Shown: piece after piece, positions 1-11,050 of the stretch
Position numbering within the stretch: the stretch's first letter is position 1
Layout of the letters: each line of letters starts with the position of its first letter
Source: Rhodospirillales bacterium
GTDB lineage: Bacteria > Pseudomonadota > Alphaproteobacteria > Rhodospirillales > SHVU01
Length of the DNA: 64,000 nucleotides
Direction: 5' to 3'
Assembly (NCBI GenBank): GCA_009691105.1
Contig: SHVU01000002.1
Location: 24,492 to 88,491, forward strand
The notes under the pieces: model-generated
Databases searched by the model: none
Seen by the model: the letters and a program-made list of their open reading frames with translations, nothing else
Told to the model about the DNA's origin: nothing
Program-made: the position numbers and the translations under genes

Positions 1-846
1 GGCTCGAAGAGCTTCATTCCGGGATTCGAAGACAAGCTCGTCGGGGCTCGTCCTGGGCAGAAAGTGACCTTCGACATCACGTTCCCTGAGGATTACGGCG
101 CCGCCGAACTCGCCGGCAAGGCCGTGACCTTCGAGGTCGACGTGCGCGAGATTCACGCTCGGGTCGACGCCAAGCTCGACGACGACTTGGCCAAAAAGGT
201 CGGCGCGGAATCGCTCGATGGCTTGAAGCAGGCCATTCGCGGCGAACAGGAACGCGAGATCAAAGCCCTGGCGCGGGTTCGCTTGAAGCGCTCCTTGCTG
301 GATCAGCTCGCCGACGGCCATTCCTTCCAGGTTCCGGGCGCTATGGTCGAGACCGAGTTCAACACGATCTGGAAGCACTTCGACGAGCATCGTCAGTCCG
401 GCCAAATGGCCGCCGACGACGAGTACAAGGGCAAGGCCGACGACGAGATCAAGGGCGAGTTCCGCACCTTGGCCGAGCGTCGGGTACGGCTTGGCTTGTT
501 GCTGGCCGAGGTCGGCCGGGTCAACAACATCACCGTGACCCAGGACGAGATCAACCAGGCGATCAGCGGCGAAGCGCGTCGCTTCCCTGGCAAAGAAAAG
601 GACGTCTTCGAATACTATAAGAAGACTCCCGAGGCGATGAACGCCTTGCGCGCGCCTATCTATGAAGAGAAGGTCGTCGACTTCATCGTCGAAATGGCGA
701 AAGTCACCGAGCGGAAAGTGCCGCTCGCCGATCTTCTGAAAGACCCGGAGACCGAGGCCAAAGCCGAAGCGTCCGAAGGCAAAGACGAGGCGACGGAGTC
801 GAAGGACTCGACTACGAAGAAGAAAAAGAAGAAGAAAGCGGATTGA
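1..846 (+). CDS. tig: Trigger factor, C-terminal part (5' end lies outside the window)
   Basis: Frame 1 is open from base 1 (GSKSFIPGFEDKLVGARPGQKVTF... runs into track ORF 64..846). End of the FKBP-type PPIase domain plus C-terminal chaperone arm. Canonical tig-clpP-clpX-lon-hupB order. Unusual acidic/Lys tail ...KDSTTKKKKKKKAD. Confidence 0.9.
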   Translation, partial: GSKSFIPGFEDKLVGARPGQKVTFDITFPEDYGAAELAGKAVTFEVDVREIHARVDAKLDDDLAKKVGAESLDGLKQAIRGEQEREIKALARVRLKRSLLDQLADGHSFQVPGAMVETEFNTIWKHFDEHRQSGQMAADDEYKGKADDEIKGEFRTLAERRVRLGLLLAEVGRVNNITVTQDEINQAISGEARRFPGKEKDVFEYYKKTPEAMNALRAPIYEEKVVDFIVEMAKVTERKVPLADLLKDPETEAKAEASEGKDEATESKDSTTKKKKKKKAD

Positions 847-886
847 TCAGCCGCCCGCGCGACCGGGCTAGGATAGGAAGCACGAC

Positions 887-1555
887 ATGCGCGACATCGC
901 TGAGACGACGATGAACTACCTGGTCCCGATGGTGGTCGAGACGACCAACCGGGGCGAGCGGTCCTATGACATCTATTCGCGCCTTCTGAAGGAGCGGATC
1001 ATTTTCCTGACGGGGCCGGTCAACGACGGCGTCGCCAGCTTGATCTGCGCCCAGTTCCTGTTTCTCGAATCCGAGAACCCGAAAAAGGACATCGCCTTCT
1101 ACATCAACTCGCCGGGCGGGTTGGTGACGGCGGGGCTCGCGATCTACGACACCATTCAATACATCCGGCCAGAAATCTCGACCGTCTGCATCGGCCAGGC
1201 CGCGTCCATGGGCTCGCTGTTGCTCGCCGCCGGAGCCAAGGGCAAGCGATTCTCTCTCCCCAACGCCCGAATCATGATCCATCAGCCTTCGGGTGGCGTT
1301 CAGGGGCAGGCGTCGGACATCGAAATTCAGGCCCGCGAAATCCTGGCTCTCCGCAGCCGGCTCAATAATATCTACGTCCGCCACACCGGCCAGCCGATCG
1401 GCGTGATCGAGAGCGCCGTCGACCGCGACCGCTTCATGACAGCCGATGAAGCCAAGACTTTCGGCATTGTCGACGACGTGGTTCTGCAGCGTCCGGTCCT
1501 CGAAACCGACGAATCGCGGCCGGCAATTGAACGTAAGAAAATCGATCCCACATAG
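887..1555 (+). CDS. clpP: ATP-dependent Clp protease proteolytic subunit
   Basis: 222-aa ORF with triad contexts [24 protein letters not shown]. The N-terminus ...[32 protein letters not shown] is typical ClpP. AGGAAG lies 6 nt before ATG 887. Confidence 0.95.
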   Translation: MRDIAETTMNYLVPMVVETTNRGERSYDIYSRLLKERIIFLTGPVNDGVASLICAQFLFLESENPKKDIAFYINSPGGLVTAGLAIYDTIQYIRPEISTVCIGQAASMGSLLLAAGAKGKRFSLPNARIMIHQPSGGVQGQASDIEIQAREILALRSRLNNIYVRHTGQPIGVIESAVDRDRFMTADEAKTFGIVDDVVLQRPVLETDESRPAIERKKIDPT

Positions 1556-1662
1556 AGATTGCGTTAAGAGTTCACGGCTAGCGTCAAGCTCGGGGTTGTG
1601 CCTAGCGAGAATCAGCGGCTAAATTAGCGACCCGAGATTCCGGGCACTGGAACGGAGCAGAA

Positions 1663-2928
1663 ATGACGAAATCCGCCGGCGCCGACTCGAAAAATACCCT
1701 GTACTGCTCGTTTTGCGGCAAGAGCCAGCACGAGGTCCGGAAACTTATCGCCGGACCGACCGTATTCATCTGCGATGAATGCGTCGAATTGTGCATGGAC
1801 ATCATCCGCGAGGAACACAAGACCAGCCTCGTAAAATCCCGAGAAGGCGTTCCGACGCCGCGCGAGATTTGCAGTGTCCTCGACGACTACGTCATCGGCC
1901 AGGTTCACGCCAAGCGCGTGCTCTCGGTCGCGGTTCACAACCACTACAAGCGGTTAAACCACGGCGCGAAGCACAACGATGTCGAACTCGCGAAGTCTAA
2001 CATCCTCCTGATCGGACCGACGGGCTGCGGCAAGACGCTTCTGGCCCAGACGTTGGCCCGCATCCTCGAGGTGCCGTTCACGATGGCCGATGCGACGACG
2101 CTGACCGAAGCCGGTTACGTCGGCGAAGACGTCGAGAACATCATCCTCAAGTTGCTGCAGAACGCCGACTACAACGTCGAGCGCGCTCAGCGCGGCATCG
2201 TCTACATCGACGAAGTCGACAAGATCTCGCGCAAGTCCGACAACCCGTCGATTACGCGCGACGTGTCGGGCGAGGGCGTGCAGCAAGCGCTGCTCAAGAT
2301 CATGGAAGGAACGATCGCCAGCGTTCCGCCGCAGGGCGGCCGCAAGCATCCGCAGCAGGAGTTCCTCCAGGTCGATACGACCAACATTCTCTTCATCTGC
2401 GGTGGTGCGTTTTCTGGCGTCGAGAAAATCATCTCGAAGCGGACTCGCGGCGCGTCGATCGGTTTCGGCGCCGAAGTCATCGGACCAGAGGAGCGCTACA
2501 CGGGTGAAATCCTCCGCGACATCGAGCCCGAGGATCTTCTGAAATACGGCCTCATCCCCGAGTTCGTCGGCCGCTTGCCGGTCGTCGCGACCTTGGACGA
2601 TCTGGATCGCTCGGCGTTGATCGAGATCCTGACCCGTCCGAAGAACTCGCTGGTCAAACAGTTCCAGCGCTTGTTCGAGATGGAAGGGGTCAAGCTGACC
2701 TTCGCCGATCCGGCGCTGGAAGGCATCGCGAACCGCGCCATCGAACGCAATACCGGGGCCCGCGGGCTACGCTCGATCATGGAAGACATCTTGCTGAACA
2801 CCATGTTCGAGCTGCCGGGCCTCCAAGGCGTGAACGAGGTCGTGATCAATCGCGAGGTTTCCGAAGGGCGCGCCAAGCCGCTCTATATCTATGCCGATCG
2901 TCGCGAGGACGTCGGGTCCACGGCTTGA
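1663..2928 (+). CDS. clpX: ATP-dependent Clp protease ATP-binding subunit ClpX
   Basis: N-terminal zinc finger [30 protein letters not shown], Walker A GPTGCGKT, Walker [11 protein letters not shown]; 421 aa. Confidence 0.97.
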   Translation: MTKSAGADSKNTLYCSFCGKSQHEVRKLIAGPTVFICDECVELCMDIIREEHKTSLVKSREGVPTPREICSVLDDYVIGQVHAKRVLSVAVHNHYKRLNHGAKHNDVELAKSNILLIGPTGCGKTLLAQTLARILEVPFTMADATTLTEAGYVGEDVENIILKLLQNADYNVERAQRGIVYIDEVDKISRKSDNPSITRDVSGEGVQQALLKIMEGTIASVPPQGGRKHPQQEFLQVDTTNILFICGGAFSGVEKIISKRTRGASIGFGAEVIGPEERYTGEILRDIEPEDLLKYGLIPEFVGRLPVVATLDDLDRSALIEILTRPKNSLVKQFQRLFEMEGVKLTFADPALEGIANRAIERNTGARGLRSIMEDILLNTMFELPGLQGVNEVVINREVSEGRAKPLYIYADRREDVGSTA

Positions 2929-2936
2929 GTTGCCAC

Positions 2937-2963
2937 CCCCCTTGACCAGGTCGGTCAGGGGGG
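2937..2963 (+). terminator. Stem-loop 9 nt after the clpX stop (terminator/attenuator-like, no U-tract)
   Basis: CCCCCTTGACC aggtc GGTCAGGGGGG: 11-bp stem with one T.G pair and a 5-nt loop. No T-run follows, so function is uncertain. Confidence 0.4.
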
Positions 2964-3026
2964 CCACCTAGTTAAGACATTTTGTGGCGTATCCGGTGCC
3001 TAACGGGCCGGACTTGAGAGGACGCG

Positions 3027-5438
3027 ATGGTGCCAGCTTCGACAAGTGGCAACGAATTCCCGGTTCTTCCGCTTCGCGACATTGTGGTGTTCCCGCACAT
3101 GATCGTGCCCCTGTTCGTTGGGCGCGAGAAGTCGGTTCACGCCCTCGAAGAAGTGATGAAGGCCGATAAGCAGATCGTTCTCATCACCCAGAAGAAGGCG
3201 TCGCAAGACGACCCGACTCCGGAAGACATGTACTGGATGGGGACGGTTGCGACCGTTCTCCAACTCCTGAAACTGCCCGACGGTACCGTGAAGGTCCTGG
3301 TCGAAGGCGGCTATCGCGCCAGGCTGACCGGCTTCGTTGAAAATCCGAAGTTCTTCTTGGCCAAGACCGAGCCGGTGGCCGACGACATCGGCGAGCCGCG
3401 CGAAGTCGAAGCGCTGACCCGCTCGGTCGTCCAGCAGTTCGAGCAGTACATCAAGCTCAATAAGAAGATCCCGCCCGAGGTCTTGGTTTCGATCAACCAG
3501 ATCGAGGACGCGAGCAAGCTCGCCGACACGATCGCCTCGCACCTGTCGCTCAAGATAGCCGACAAGCAGCAGCTTCTCGAGATCGCGAAGGTCAGCGAGC
3601 GGTTGGAGCGCGTCTACGCCGCGATGGAATCCGAAATCGGTCTTCTCCAGGTCGAGAAGAAGATCCGGAACCGCGTGAAGCGGCAGATGGAGAAGACGCA
3701 GCGCGAGTATTATTTGAACGAGCAGCTCAAGGCGATTCAGAGGGAGCTCGGCGAAGGCGAGGAAGGCCGCGACGAACTCGGTGAATTCGACGAGCGCATC
3801 AAGAAGACCAAGCTGAGCAAGGAAGCTCGCGAAAAGGCTCAGGCCGAGATCAAGAAGCTGCGCGGCATGAGCCCGATGTCGGCCGAAGCTACGGTCGTCC
3901 GCAATTACCTCGACTGGATGTTGAACATCCCTTGGGGCAAGCGGACGCGGGTCAAAAAGGACATCAAGAACGCGCGCGCCACCCTCGACGCCGATCACTA
4001 TGCGCTCGATAAGGTGAAGGACCGCATCCTCGAGTATTTGGCGGTTCAGCAGCGGACCAACAAAGTCGGCGGCCCGATCTTGTGCCTCGTCGGCCCTCCG
4101 GGCGTCGGGAAGACCTCGCTCGGCAAGTCGATCGCCAAGGCCACAGGACGCAACTTCATCCGGATGTCGCTTGGCGGCGTTCGCGACGAAGCCGAAGTCC
4201 GCGGTCACCGGCGCACCTATATCGGCTCGATGCCCGGCAAAGTCATTCAGGGCATGCGCAAGGCGAAATCATCCAACCCGCTGTTCCTGTTGGATGAAAT
4301 CGACAAGCTCGGCCACGACTGGCGCGGCGATCCGGCGTCGGCGTTGCTCGAAGTGTTGGATCCCGAACAGAACAACTCGTTCCAGGATCACTATCTGGAG
4401 GTCGATTACGACCTGTCCGACGTTCTGTTCGTGACCACGGCGAACACGCTGAACATGGCGCCGGCGCTCCTCGACCGTATGGAGATCATCCGTCTCTCCG
4501 GTTACACCGAGGACGAGAAGGTCGAGATTTCCAAGCTGCATCTCATCGAGAAGCAGATGAAGACGCACGGCCTGAAGAGCAGCGAGTGGGAGATCACAGA
4601 AGGCGCGTTGCGCGACGTGATCCGCTATTACACGCGTGAAGCCGGCGTTCGAAACCTCGAGCGTGAACTCGCCAATCTAACGCGGAAAGCCATCAAAGAG
4701 ATCATGATGGGCAACGCGACGCAGATCGAAGTGACGCGGCGCAATCTCGGCAAGTTTGCCGGCGTCCGGCGTTATCGGTATGGCGAGGTCGAGGCGTCTG
4801 ACATGGTCGGTGTGGTCACGGGTCTCGCGTGGACCGAGGTCGGCGGCGAGTTGCTGTCGGTCGAAGCCATCGTGGTTCCCGGCAAGGGCCGCATGACCAT
4901 CACCGGCAAGCTCGGCGACGTCATGCAGGAGTCGATCCAGGCGGCGAAGTCTTACGTTCAGTCCCGCTGCCTGCAGTTCGGATTGAAGCCGCCGATCTTC
5001 ACGCGCAAGGACATCCACGTCCACGTGCCCGAAGGTGCCACGCCGAAAGACGGACCGTCGGCTGGTGTCGCCATGGTGACGTCGATCGTCTCGGTGCTGA
5101 CCGGTATCCCGATCCGTCGCGACGTCGCCATGACCGGCGAAGTCACGTTGCGCGGGCGGGTGCTTCCGATCGGCGGGCTTAAGGAAAAGCTCCTGGCGGC
5201 GGTACGCGGCGGCATCAAGCGCGTCCTCATCCCGGCGGAAAACGCCAAGGACTTGGCGGATATTCCGGACAACGTGAAGCGGGGCATCGAGATCATTACG
5301 GTCGAGACCGTCGATGAAGTCCTCAAGCACGCCTTGGTGTCTCAGCCGACGCCTGTGACCTGGGACGAAGACGAAGAGAACAAGACGCCCGATCGCTCAC
5401 AAGGCGACGACGACGTCGGCGACGTCGTCACCCACTAA
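3027..5438 (+). CDS. lon: Lon protease (LonA)
   Basis: 803 aa. Lon N-domain ([26 protein letters not shown]), Walker [10 protein letters not shown], protease Ser context PKDGPSAG, Lys context GLKEKLLAA. Confidence 0.97.
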   Translation: MVPASTSGNEFPVLPLRDIVVFPHMIVPLFVGREKSVHALEEVMKADKQIVLITQKKASQDDPTPEDMYWMGTVATVLQLLKLPDGTVKVLVEGGYRARLTGFVENPKFFLAKTEPVADDIGEPREVEALTRSVVQQFEQYIKLNKKIPPEVLVSINQIEDASKLADTIASHLSLKIADKQQLLEIAKVSERLERVYAAMESEIGLLQVEKKIRNRVKRQMEKTQREYYLNEQLKAIQRELGEGEEGRDELGEFDERIKKTKLSKEAREKAQAEIKKLRGMSPMSAEATVVRNYLDWMLNIPWGKRTRVKKDIKNARATLDADHYALDKVKDRILEYLAVQQRTNKVGGPILCLVGPPGVGKTSLGKSIAKATGRNFIRMSLGGVRDEAEVRGHRRTYIGSMPGKVIQGMRKAKSSNPLFLLDEIDKLGHDWRGDPASALLEVLDPEQNNSFQDHYLEVDYDLSDVLFVTTANTLNMAPALLDRMEIIRLSGYTEDEKVEISKLHLIEKQMKTHGLKSSEWEITEGALRDVIRYYTREAGVRNLERELANLTRKAIKEIMMGNATQIEVTRRNLGKFAGVRRYRYGEVEASDMVGVVTGLAWTEVGGELLSVEAIVVPGKGRMTITGKLGDVMQESIQAAKSYVQSRCLQFGLKPPIFTRKDIHVHVPEGATPKDGPSAGVAMVTSIVSVLTGIPIRRDVAMTGEVTLRGRVLPIGGLKEKLLAAVRGGIKRVLIPAENAKDLADIPDNVKRGIEIITVETVDEVLKHALVSQPTPVTWDEDEENKTPDRSQGDDDVGDVVTH

Positions 5439-5451
5439 AACGACTCGGTTT

Positions 5452-5486
5452 CATAGAACCGCGAATCATCGATTCGCGGTTCTATG
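5452..5486 (+). terminator. Perfect 16-bp hairpin after lon
   Basis: CATAGAACCGCGAATC atc GATTCGCGGTTCTATG starts 14 nt after the lon stop. No U-tract. The arms carry GAATC/GATTC (GANTC) motifs. Confidence 0.45.
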
Positions 5487-5640
5487 ACGATTCGCACACT
5501 CAGAAATATTTGGGGACAAGGTGCGATCCGTGGTTGACGCCGCTCGCGAGCGAGCCCTAGAATTACCGTTATCGCGACGCTGGGTCGTTGCGAAGAGAGT
5601 CGTCATTCCGAGAATCACTCCAGCGCAAAGGGGGTCAGCG

Positions 5641-5913
5641 TTGAACAAGAACGATCTGATCGCGTCCGTCGCGAAAGCCACGGACTTGTCGAAAGTAGAT
5701 GCCAATAAGGCAGTCGAAAGCATTTTAGATGCCATTGGTGCCTCGCTCAAAAAAGGGGACGAGGTCCGTTTGGTCGGTTTTGGGACGTTTCATGTCGCCC
5801 GTCGTAAGGCGACCCAGGGACGCAACCCCCGGACCGGCGAAAAGATTCAAATTCCGGCTTCCAACCATCCGAAGTTCAAGGCCGGTAAGCAGCTCAAAGA
5901 CTTGGTGAACTGA
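5641..5913 (+). CDS. hupB: DNA-binding protein HU
   Basis: 90 aa from TTG 5641 (LNKNDLIASVA...GFGTFHVARRKATQGRNPRTGEKIQIP...), the HU/IHF signature. AAGGGGG lies 6 nt upstream. The track ORF from 5521 is an upstream extension beyond normal HU length. Confidence 0.9.
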   Translation: MNKNDLIASVAKATDLSKVDANKAVESILDAIGASLKKGDEVRLVGFGTFHVARRKATQGRNPRTGEKIQIPASNHPKFKAGKQLKDLVN

Positions 5914-5939
5914 GGCTACGCCCGCAAGGGTGTCGCTCG

Positions 5940-5977
5940 AACGCCGGCCGCGGATCAGTGGCCGGCGTTTTGCTTTT
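5940..5977 (+). terminator. Rho-independent terminator of hupB
   Basis: AACGCCGGCC (10-nt loop) GGCCGGCGTT followed by TTTGCTTTT. Confidence 0.75.
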
Positions 5978-6034
5978 GAGGGCAAAGGTTGGCGCGGTTG
6001 CGTGTCCCGCCGTACGTCCGATAAGGTCCGGAAA

Positions 6035-6109
6035 GGGCGATTAGCTCAGCGGTAGAGCATCTCGTTTACACCGAGAGGGTCGGCGGTTCGAAACCGTCAT
6101 CGCCCACCA
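6035..6109 (+). tRNA. tRNA-Val (anticodon TAC)
   Basis: Hand-folded cloverleaf: acceptor GGGCGAT/ATCGCCC, D arm GCTC-AGCGGTA-GAGC, anticodon stem TCTCG/CGAGA with loop TTTACAC, T arm GGCGG-TTCGAAA-CCGTC, encoded CCA. 75 nt. Confidence 0.9.
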
Positions 6110-6210
6110 TCTCACGCGGAAGGCCGGAAATCCTCGGGTTTGCTTGACTTGCTTTCCGCAGTGGATTACATGGATCGCGCAAGAGCGGCTCGTCCGTTCA
6201 GACGTGTTTC

Positions 6211-6288
<78 letters not shown>

Positions 6289-6349
6289 CGTTTTCTTCCG
6301 CCGGTGCCGGTCCAAGCCCGGTTCGTGAAGGGCCAAAGGAGTAGGCTCC

Positions 6350-6715
6350 GTGTCCGCGATCCTTGCAGAATATCTGCCGATCTTGGCCTTCCTCGCTATC
6401 GCTGGCGGCTTGTCAGTGGTGGTGCTCATCGCGTCCTACATCGTGGCGCAGCAGCGCCCGGACCCGGAGAAGGTGTCGGCTTACGAATGCGGTTTCGAGG
6501 CGTTCGGCGACGCCCGTCAAAAATTCGACGTTCGTTTTTATCTCGTGGCGATTCTCTTCATCATCTTCGATCTCGAAGTCGCATTCCTCTTTCCCTGGGC
6601 GATCACCCTGGGCGACATCGGAATGTTTGGATTCTGGTCGATGATGCTGTTCCTCGGCGTATTGACGATCGGATTCGTATACGAATGGCGCAAGGGAGCT
6701 CTCGAATGGGAATGA
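6350..6715 (+). CDS. nuoA: NADH-quinone oxidoreductase subunit A
   Basis: 121-aa three-helix membrane protein with ...[49 protein letters not shown] lies 8 nt before GTG 6350. First gene of the nuoA-N series. Confidence 0.93.
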   Translation: MSAILAEYLPILAFLAIAGGLSVVVLIASYIVAQQRPDPEKVSAYECGFEAFGDARQKFDVRFYLVAILFIIFDLEVAFLFPWAITLGDIGMFGFWSMMLFLGVLTIGFVYEWRKGALEWE

Positions 6716-7260
6716 CTCCGGCGACCGAACGGCCGCTCATCGCACCGGCTCCGATCTCGCTCGAATCGGATGCGGCGCTCAAGCGCGTCACCGCCGATCT
6801 GACCGAGAAGGGATTCGTCGTCGCCCAGCTCGACAAGCTCGTCAATTGGGCGCGCGCCGGTTCGCTGTGGCCCATGACCTTCGGTCTGGCCTGCTGCGCC
6901 GTCGAGATGATGCACGCCTATGCCAGCCGCTATGACTTGGATCGATTCGGCGTCGTGCCCCGCGCCAGCCCACGGCAATCGGACGTGATCATCGTCGCCG
7001 GCACGCTGACCAACAAAATGGCGCCGGCGTTCCGCAAGGTCTACGACCAGATGGCCGAGCCGCGGTACGTGATTTCGATGGGCAGCTGCGCCAATGGCGG
7101 CGGCTACTATCATTATTCGTATTCCGTCGTGCGCGGCTGCGACCGCATCGTGCCGGTGGACGTCTATGTCCCGGGCTGTCCGCCGACGGCCGAGGCGCTC
7201 GTCTACGGCATTCTCCTTCTCCAGAAGAAGATCCGGCGCACCGGGCGCCTGTGGCGCTAG
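6706..7260 (+). CDS. nuoB: NADH-quinone oxidoreductase subunit B
   Basis: N2-cluster motifs [26 protein letters not shown]. Start ATG 6706 overlaps the nuoA stop; the rest of track ORF 6304..7260 is an out-of-frame read across nuoA. Confidence 0.93.
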   Translation: MGMTPATERPLIAPAPISLESDAALKRVTADLTEKGFVVAQLDKLVNWARAGSLWPMTFGLACCAVEMMHAYASRYDLDRFGVVPRASPRQSDVIIVAGTLTNKMAPAFRKVYDQMAEPRYVISMGSCANGGGYYHYSYSVVRGCDRIVPVDVYVPGCPPTAEALVYGILLLQKKIRRTGRLWR

Positions 7261-7288
7261 TCGCTCGGACATCAGACGCGTCACGGAC

Positions 7289-7942
7289 ATGACTGCGACC
7301 GTCGATCCCGCCCTGAAGGATCTCGCCGACTATCTCGGCGGCGCGCTCGTCGCGGATTTGGTGGCGACCGACACGCGGCTCGGCGAACTGACCTTGACCG
7401 TGCGCCGCGACGCCATTGCCAAAATCCTGCGGTTCCTCCGCGACGATCCGTATTGTCAGTTCCAGGAGCTGATGGACGTGTGCGGCGTCGACTATCCGGA
7501 GCGGCGCGAGCGCTTCGAGGTCGTCTACAATCTTCTCAGCCTCGCCAACAATTTCCGCGTCCGGATCAAGATCACGACCGACGAAACGACGCCGGTTCCG
7601 TCCGTCGCCGCCGTGTTCAGTGCGGCCAATTGGTGGGAACGCGAAGCCTGGGATTTGTTCGGGATCTATTTCTCCGATCATCCCGACCTGCGCCGGATCA
7701 TGACCGACTACGGGTTCGACGGGCATCCGCTGCGCAAGGATTTCCCGCTGACCGGCTTCGTCGAAGTTCGCTATGACGACGAGCAAAAGCGCGTCGTCTA
7801 CGAACCAGTCAAGTTGACACAAGAATTCCGCACCTTCGATTTCTTGAGCCCATGGGAAGGGATGACTCGCGTCCTGCCCGGCGACGAGAAAGCCACAACG
7901 GCAGCGGCCGCGGATAAACCCGCCGTGACCGGGAAGCCCTGA
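7289..7942 (+). CDS. nuoC: NADH-quinone oxidoreductase subunit C
   Basis: [16 protein letters not shown]...FEVVYNLLS...[25 protein letters not shown] is the 30-kDa subunit signature. Start taken at ATG 7289 inside the longer track ORF. Confidence 0.9.
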   Translation: MTATVDPALKDLADYLGGALVADLVATDTRLGELTLTVRRDAIAKILRFLRDDPYCQFQELMDVCGVDYPERRERFEVVYNLLSLANNFRVRIKITTDETTPVPSVAAVFSAANWWEREAWDLFGIYFSDHPDLRRIMTDYGFDGHPLRKDFPLTGFVEVRYDDEQKRVVYEPVKLTQEFRTFDFLSPWEGMTRVLPGDEKATTAAAADKPAVTGKP

Positions 7943-9120
7943 TGGCCGTCACCGAAATCAAGAACTTCACGATGAACTTCGGGCCGCAGCATCCGGCGGC
8001 GCACGGCGTTCTGCGACTGGTCCTCGAAATGGACGGCGAGGTCATCGAACGCGCCGATCCGCATATCGGGCTCCTGCATCGCGGCACGGAAAAGTTGATC
8101 GAACGGAAGACGTATCTGCAGGCGGTGCCGTATTTCGACCGTCTCGATTACGTCGCGCCGCAAAACCAAGAGCACGCCTTCGCGCTCGCCGTCGAAAAGC
8201 TTCTGGGCATTCAAGCGCCGCCGCGCGGCCAGTACATTCGCGTCCTCTACGCGGAAATCGGCCGCATTCTGAACCACATCCTCAACGTCACCGCCTATGC
8301 CATGGACGTCGGCGCCATGACGCCGATGCTGTGGGGCTTCGAAGAGCGCGAGCGGTTGATGGAGTTCTGCGAGCGGGCGAGTGGCGCGCGTTTGCACATG
8401 GGATATTTCCGGCCCGGCGGCGTCGCCTTCGATCTGCCGCCCGGCCTGACCGATGATATCGACGCCTGGGCGCAAAAGTTCCCGAAGGTCATCGACGACA
8501 TCGAGGAACTGCTGACCGAGAACCGCATCTTCAAGCAGCGCACCGTCGACATCGGCGTGATCACGGCCCAGGAATGTTACGACTGGGGCTTCACGGGGCC
8601 GAACCTGCGGGCTTCAGGCATTCCGTGGGATTTGCGTAAGGCCCAGCCCTACGACGCCTACGCAGACATGGATTTCGACATTCCGATCGCCAAGCACGGC
8701 GATTGCTACGATCGGTATCTTGTCCGCGTCGTCGAGATGCGCGAGTCGCTCAAGATCATTCGTCAGTCCATCGCCAAAATGCCGTCCGGCCCGGTCAAGA
8801 CCGCCGACGGCAAAGTGGCGCCGCCGTCGCGCGCCGAGATGAAGCGCTCGATGGAAGCGCTCATCCATCACTTCAAACTCTACACCGAGGGCTATCACGT
8901 CCCGGCCGGCGAGACCTATACAGCCGTCGAAGCGCCGAAGGGCGAGTTCGCGGTCTATCTAGTCTCCGATGGCACGAACAAGCCCTATCGCTGCAAGATC
9001 CGCGCCCCGGGATTTGCGCATCTGCAGGCTCTCGACTTCCTGAGCCGCGGGCATTTGTTGGCGGACGTGGTTGCCAACATCGGCTCCCTCGACATCGTCT
9101 TCGGCGAGATCGACCGATGA
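7942..9120 (+). CDS. nuoD: NADH-quinone oxidoreductase subunit D
   Basis: 392 aa. [22 protein letters not shown] near the N-terminus, C-terminal [14 protein letters not shown] overlap with nuoC. Confidence 0.96.
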   Translation: MAVTEIKNFTMNFGPQHPAAHGVLRLVLEMDGEVIERADPHIGLLHRGTEKLIERKTYLQAVPYFDRLDYVAPQNQEHAFALAVEKLLGIQAPPRGQYIRVLYAEIGRILNHILNVTAYAMDVGAMTPMLWGFEERERLMEFCERASGARLHMGYFRPGGVAFDLPPGLTDDIDAWAQKFPKVIDDIEELLTENRIFKQRTVDIGVITAQECYDWGFTGPNLRASGIPWDLRKAQPYDAYADMDFDIPIAKHGDCYDRYLVRVVEMRESLKIIRQSIAKMPSGPVKTADGKVAPPSRAEMKRSMEALIHHFKLYTEGYHVPAGETYTAVEAPKGEFAVYLVSDGTNKPYRCKIRAPGFAHLQALDFLSRGHLLADVVANIGSLDIVFGEIDR

Positions 9121-9758
9121 GCGACACGCAGACGCAAACGGCCTTCGCCTTTACGTCCGAGAATTTGACGCGGGCGGCGGCGATCATCGCCAAATATCCC
9201 GAGGACTATCACGCCAGCGCCGTCCTGCCGCTGCTCCATCTGGCGCAGAAGCAGAACGCTGGCTGGCTGCCGCAGCACGTCATCGATTACGTCGCCGATT
9301 TTCTGAAGATGCCGCGGATCCGCGTCTATGAAGTCGCGACCTTCTACACGATGTTCAATCTCAAGCCGGTCGGAAAGCATCACGTCCAGGTCTGCACGAG
9401 CTTGCCGTGTTGGCTGCGCGGCTCGGAAGCGATCGTCGCCACGTGTCGCGAGTCGCTCGGCGTCGATCTCGGCGAGACCACGGCGGACGGCAAATTCACG
9501 CTCTCCGAAGTCGAATGCCTCTGCGCCTGCGTCAACGCCCCGATCGTACAGATCGGCAACGATTATTTCGAAGACCTGGATCCGGACCGTCTGCGCGGCA
9601 TCCTCGCGGCGCTCAAGGCCGGCCAATCGGTGAAGCCAGGTCCGCAAATCGGACGCAAAGGTGGCGAGCCGATGGAGGGACTGACGACGTTGACTGACGA
9701 GAAGGCGGTTCTCGCGCCTAAATGGCGCAAGGACGATCCACGGGCGGGGGGCGCGTGA
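9117..9758 (+). CDS. nuoE: NADH-quinone oxidoreductase subunit E
   Basis: 2Fe-2S ligand pairs VCTSLPC and [14 protein letters not shown] overlap with the nuoD stop; the upstream part of track ORF 8703..9758 is out of frame inside nuoD. Confidence 0.92.
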   Translation: MSDTQTQTAFAFTSENLTRAAAIIAKYPEDYHASAVLPLLHLAQKQNAGWLPQHVIDYVADFLKMPRIRVYEVATFYTMFNLKPVGKHHVQVCTSLPCWLRGSEAIVATCRESLGVDLGETTADGKFTLSEVECLCACVNAPIVQIGNDYFEDLDPDRLRGILAALKAGQSVKPGPQIGRKGGEPMEGLTTLTDEKAVLAPKWRKDDPRAGGA

Positions 9759-11041
9759 TGCTGAACGACCAGGATCGCATCTTTAACAACATCTACGGGC
9801 TCAGGCCGACGACGCTCGACGGCGCCAAGGCGCTCGGCGATTGGGATTCGACCAAGGCGCTGGTCCTCAAGGGCCGCGACTGGATCATCGCCGAATGCAA
9901 AGCGGCGTCATTGCGCGGCCGCGGCGGGGCAGGGTTCCCGACCGCGCTCAAGTGGACCTTCATGCCGAAGGTTCCCGATGGTCGGCCGCACTTTCTCGTC
10001 ATCAACGCCGACGAAGGCGAACCCGGCACCTGCAAGGATCGCGAGATCCTGCGCAACGAACCGCACAAGCTCATCGAAGGCGCGCTTCTCACAGCCGTCG
10101 CGCTTGGCGCCAATGCCTCCTATTGCTACGTGCGCGGCGAGTTCTATCGCGAAGCCGAAGCCTTGCAGCGCGCCGTCGATGAAGCCTACGACGCGAAGCT
10201 CATCGGCAAGGACGCCTGCGGCTCGGGCTACGCGTTCGACTTCTATGTTCACCGCGGCGCCGGCGCGTATATCTGCGGCGAAGAAACGGCCTTGATCGAA
10301 AGCCTCGAAGGCAAGAAGGGGATGCCTCGGCTCAAGCCGCCGTTCCCAGCCAACGCTGGCGTCTTCGGCTGCCCGACGACAGTCAACAACGTCGAGACCG
10401 TCTCGGTCGTCCCGGCCATTCTGAAGCGCGGCCCGGCCTGGTTCGCCGGACTTGGCCGTCCCAACAACACCGGGACGAAGCTCTTTTGCATCTCCGGCCA
10501 CGTCAACCGGCCCTGCACGGTCGAAGATTCGATGAGCGTGCCGCTGAAGGAACTCATCGAACGTCATGCCGGCGGCGTGCGCGGCGGCTGGGATAATCTG
10601 CTCGCGATCATTCCGGGCGGCTCGTCGGTGCCGATGATTCCAAAGTCGGTCTGCGAGACCGTGCTGATGGATTTCGACTCGCTCGTTCAGGCCAAGTCCG
10701 GCCTCGGCACGGGCGCGGTCATGGTCATGGATAAGTCGACCGACCTGGTCAAAGCCATTGCCCGGCTGTCCAAATTCTACATGCACGAGAGCTGCGGCCA
10801 ATGCACGCCGTGCCGCGAAGGCACCGGCTGGCTCTATCGGATGATGAAGCGGATGGTGACCGGCGACGCGCGGGTCGAAGAGATCGACTTGCTGGAAGAA
10901 GTCAGCCGTCAGATCGAAGGCCACACGATTTGCGCCCATGGCGACGCGTCGGCCTGGCCGATCCAAGGTCTGATCCGCCATTTCCGCCCCGAGATGGAAC
11001 GCCGGATCGCCGAGCGACGTTCGCGAACCCTGGCAGCGTGA
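9758..11041 (+). CDS. nuoF: NADH-quinone oxidoreductase subunit F
   Basis: [29 protein letters not shown] (FMN/NADH site), [12 protein letters not shown] (4Fe-4S). ATG 9758 overlaps the nuoE stop. Confidence 0.95.
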   Translation: MLNDQDRIFNNIYGLRPTTLDGAKALGDWDSTKALVLKGRDWIIAECKAASLRGRGGAGFPTALKWTFMPKVPDGRPHFLVINADEGEPGTCKDREILRNEPHKLIEGALLTAVALGANASYCYVRGEFYREAEALQRAVDEAYDAKLIGKDACGSGYAFDFYVHRGAGAYICGEETALIESLEGKKGMPRLKPPFPANAGVFGCPTTVNNVETVSVVPAILKRGPAWFAGLGRPNNTGTKLFCISGHVNRPCTVEDSMSVPLKELIERHAGGVRGGWDNLLAIIPGGSSVPMIPKSVCETVLMDFDSLVQAKSGLGTGAVMVMDKSTDLVKAIARLSKFYMHESCGQCTPCREGTGWLYRMMKRMVTGDARVEEIDLLEEVSRQIEGHTICAHGDASAWPIQGLIRHFRPEMERRIAERRSRTLAA

Positions 11042-11050
11042 GGAGAGGCT

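Noticed and set aside
2941-2973. RpoH (sigma-32) promoter for lon as an annotated feature
   Set aside because: The CTTG and CCTAGTT elements are 22 nt apart rather than the ~17 nt of the published alphaproteobacterial consensus. It is kept only as a low-interest finding.
3000-4208. 402-aa minus-strand ORF inside lon, plus analogous long antisense ORFs at 9908-11269, 11318-13111, 22156-24117, 20290-21708 and 43240-44724
   Set aside because: I checked the register for 3000-4208, 9908-11269, 11318-13111, 22156-24117 and 43240-44724, and they show the same codon-complement geometry opposite lon, nuoF, nuoG, rnj and uppS. All of them, including 20290-21708, have Arg/Gly/Asp-rich, motif-free translations, and the sense strands are well-supported genes.
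6304-7260. Long N-terminally extended track ORFs (also 7094-7942, 8703-9758, 9722-11041, 14467-15309, 15236-15622, 36557-40093, 42117-42965, 42892-43539, 44159-45082, 54757-56139, 56153-57757, 60826-61371)
   Set aside because: The extensions run out of frame through the preceding gene or through intergenic DNA. Internal starts with SD sequences or stop-start coupling give proteins of canonical length.
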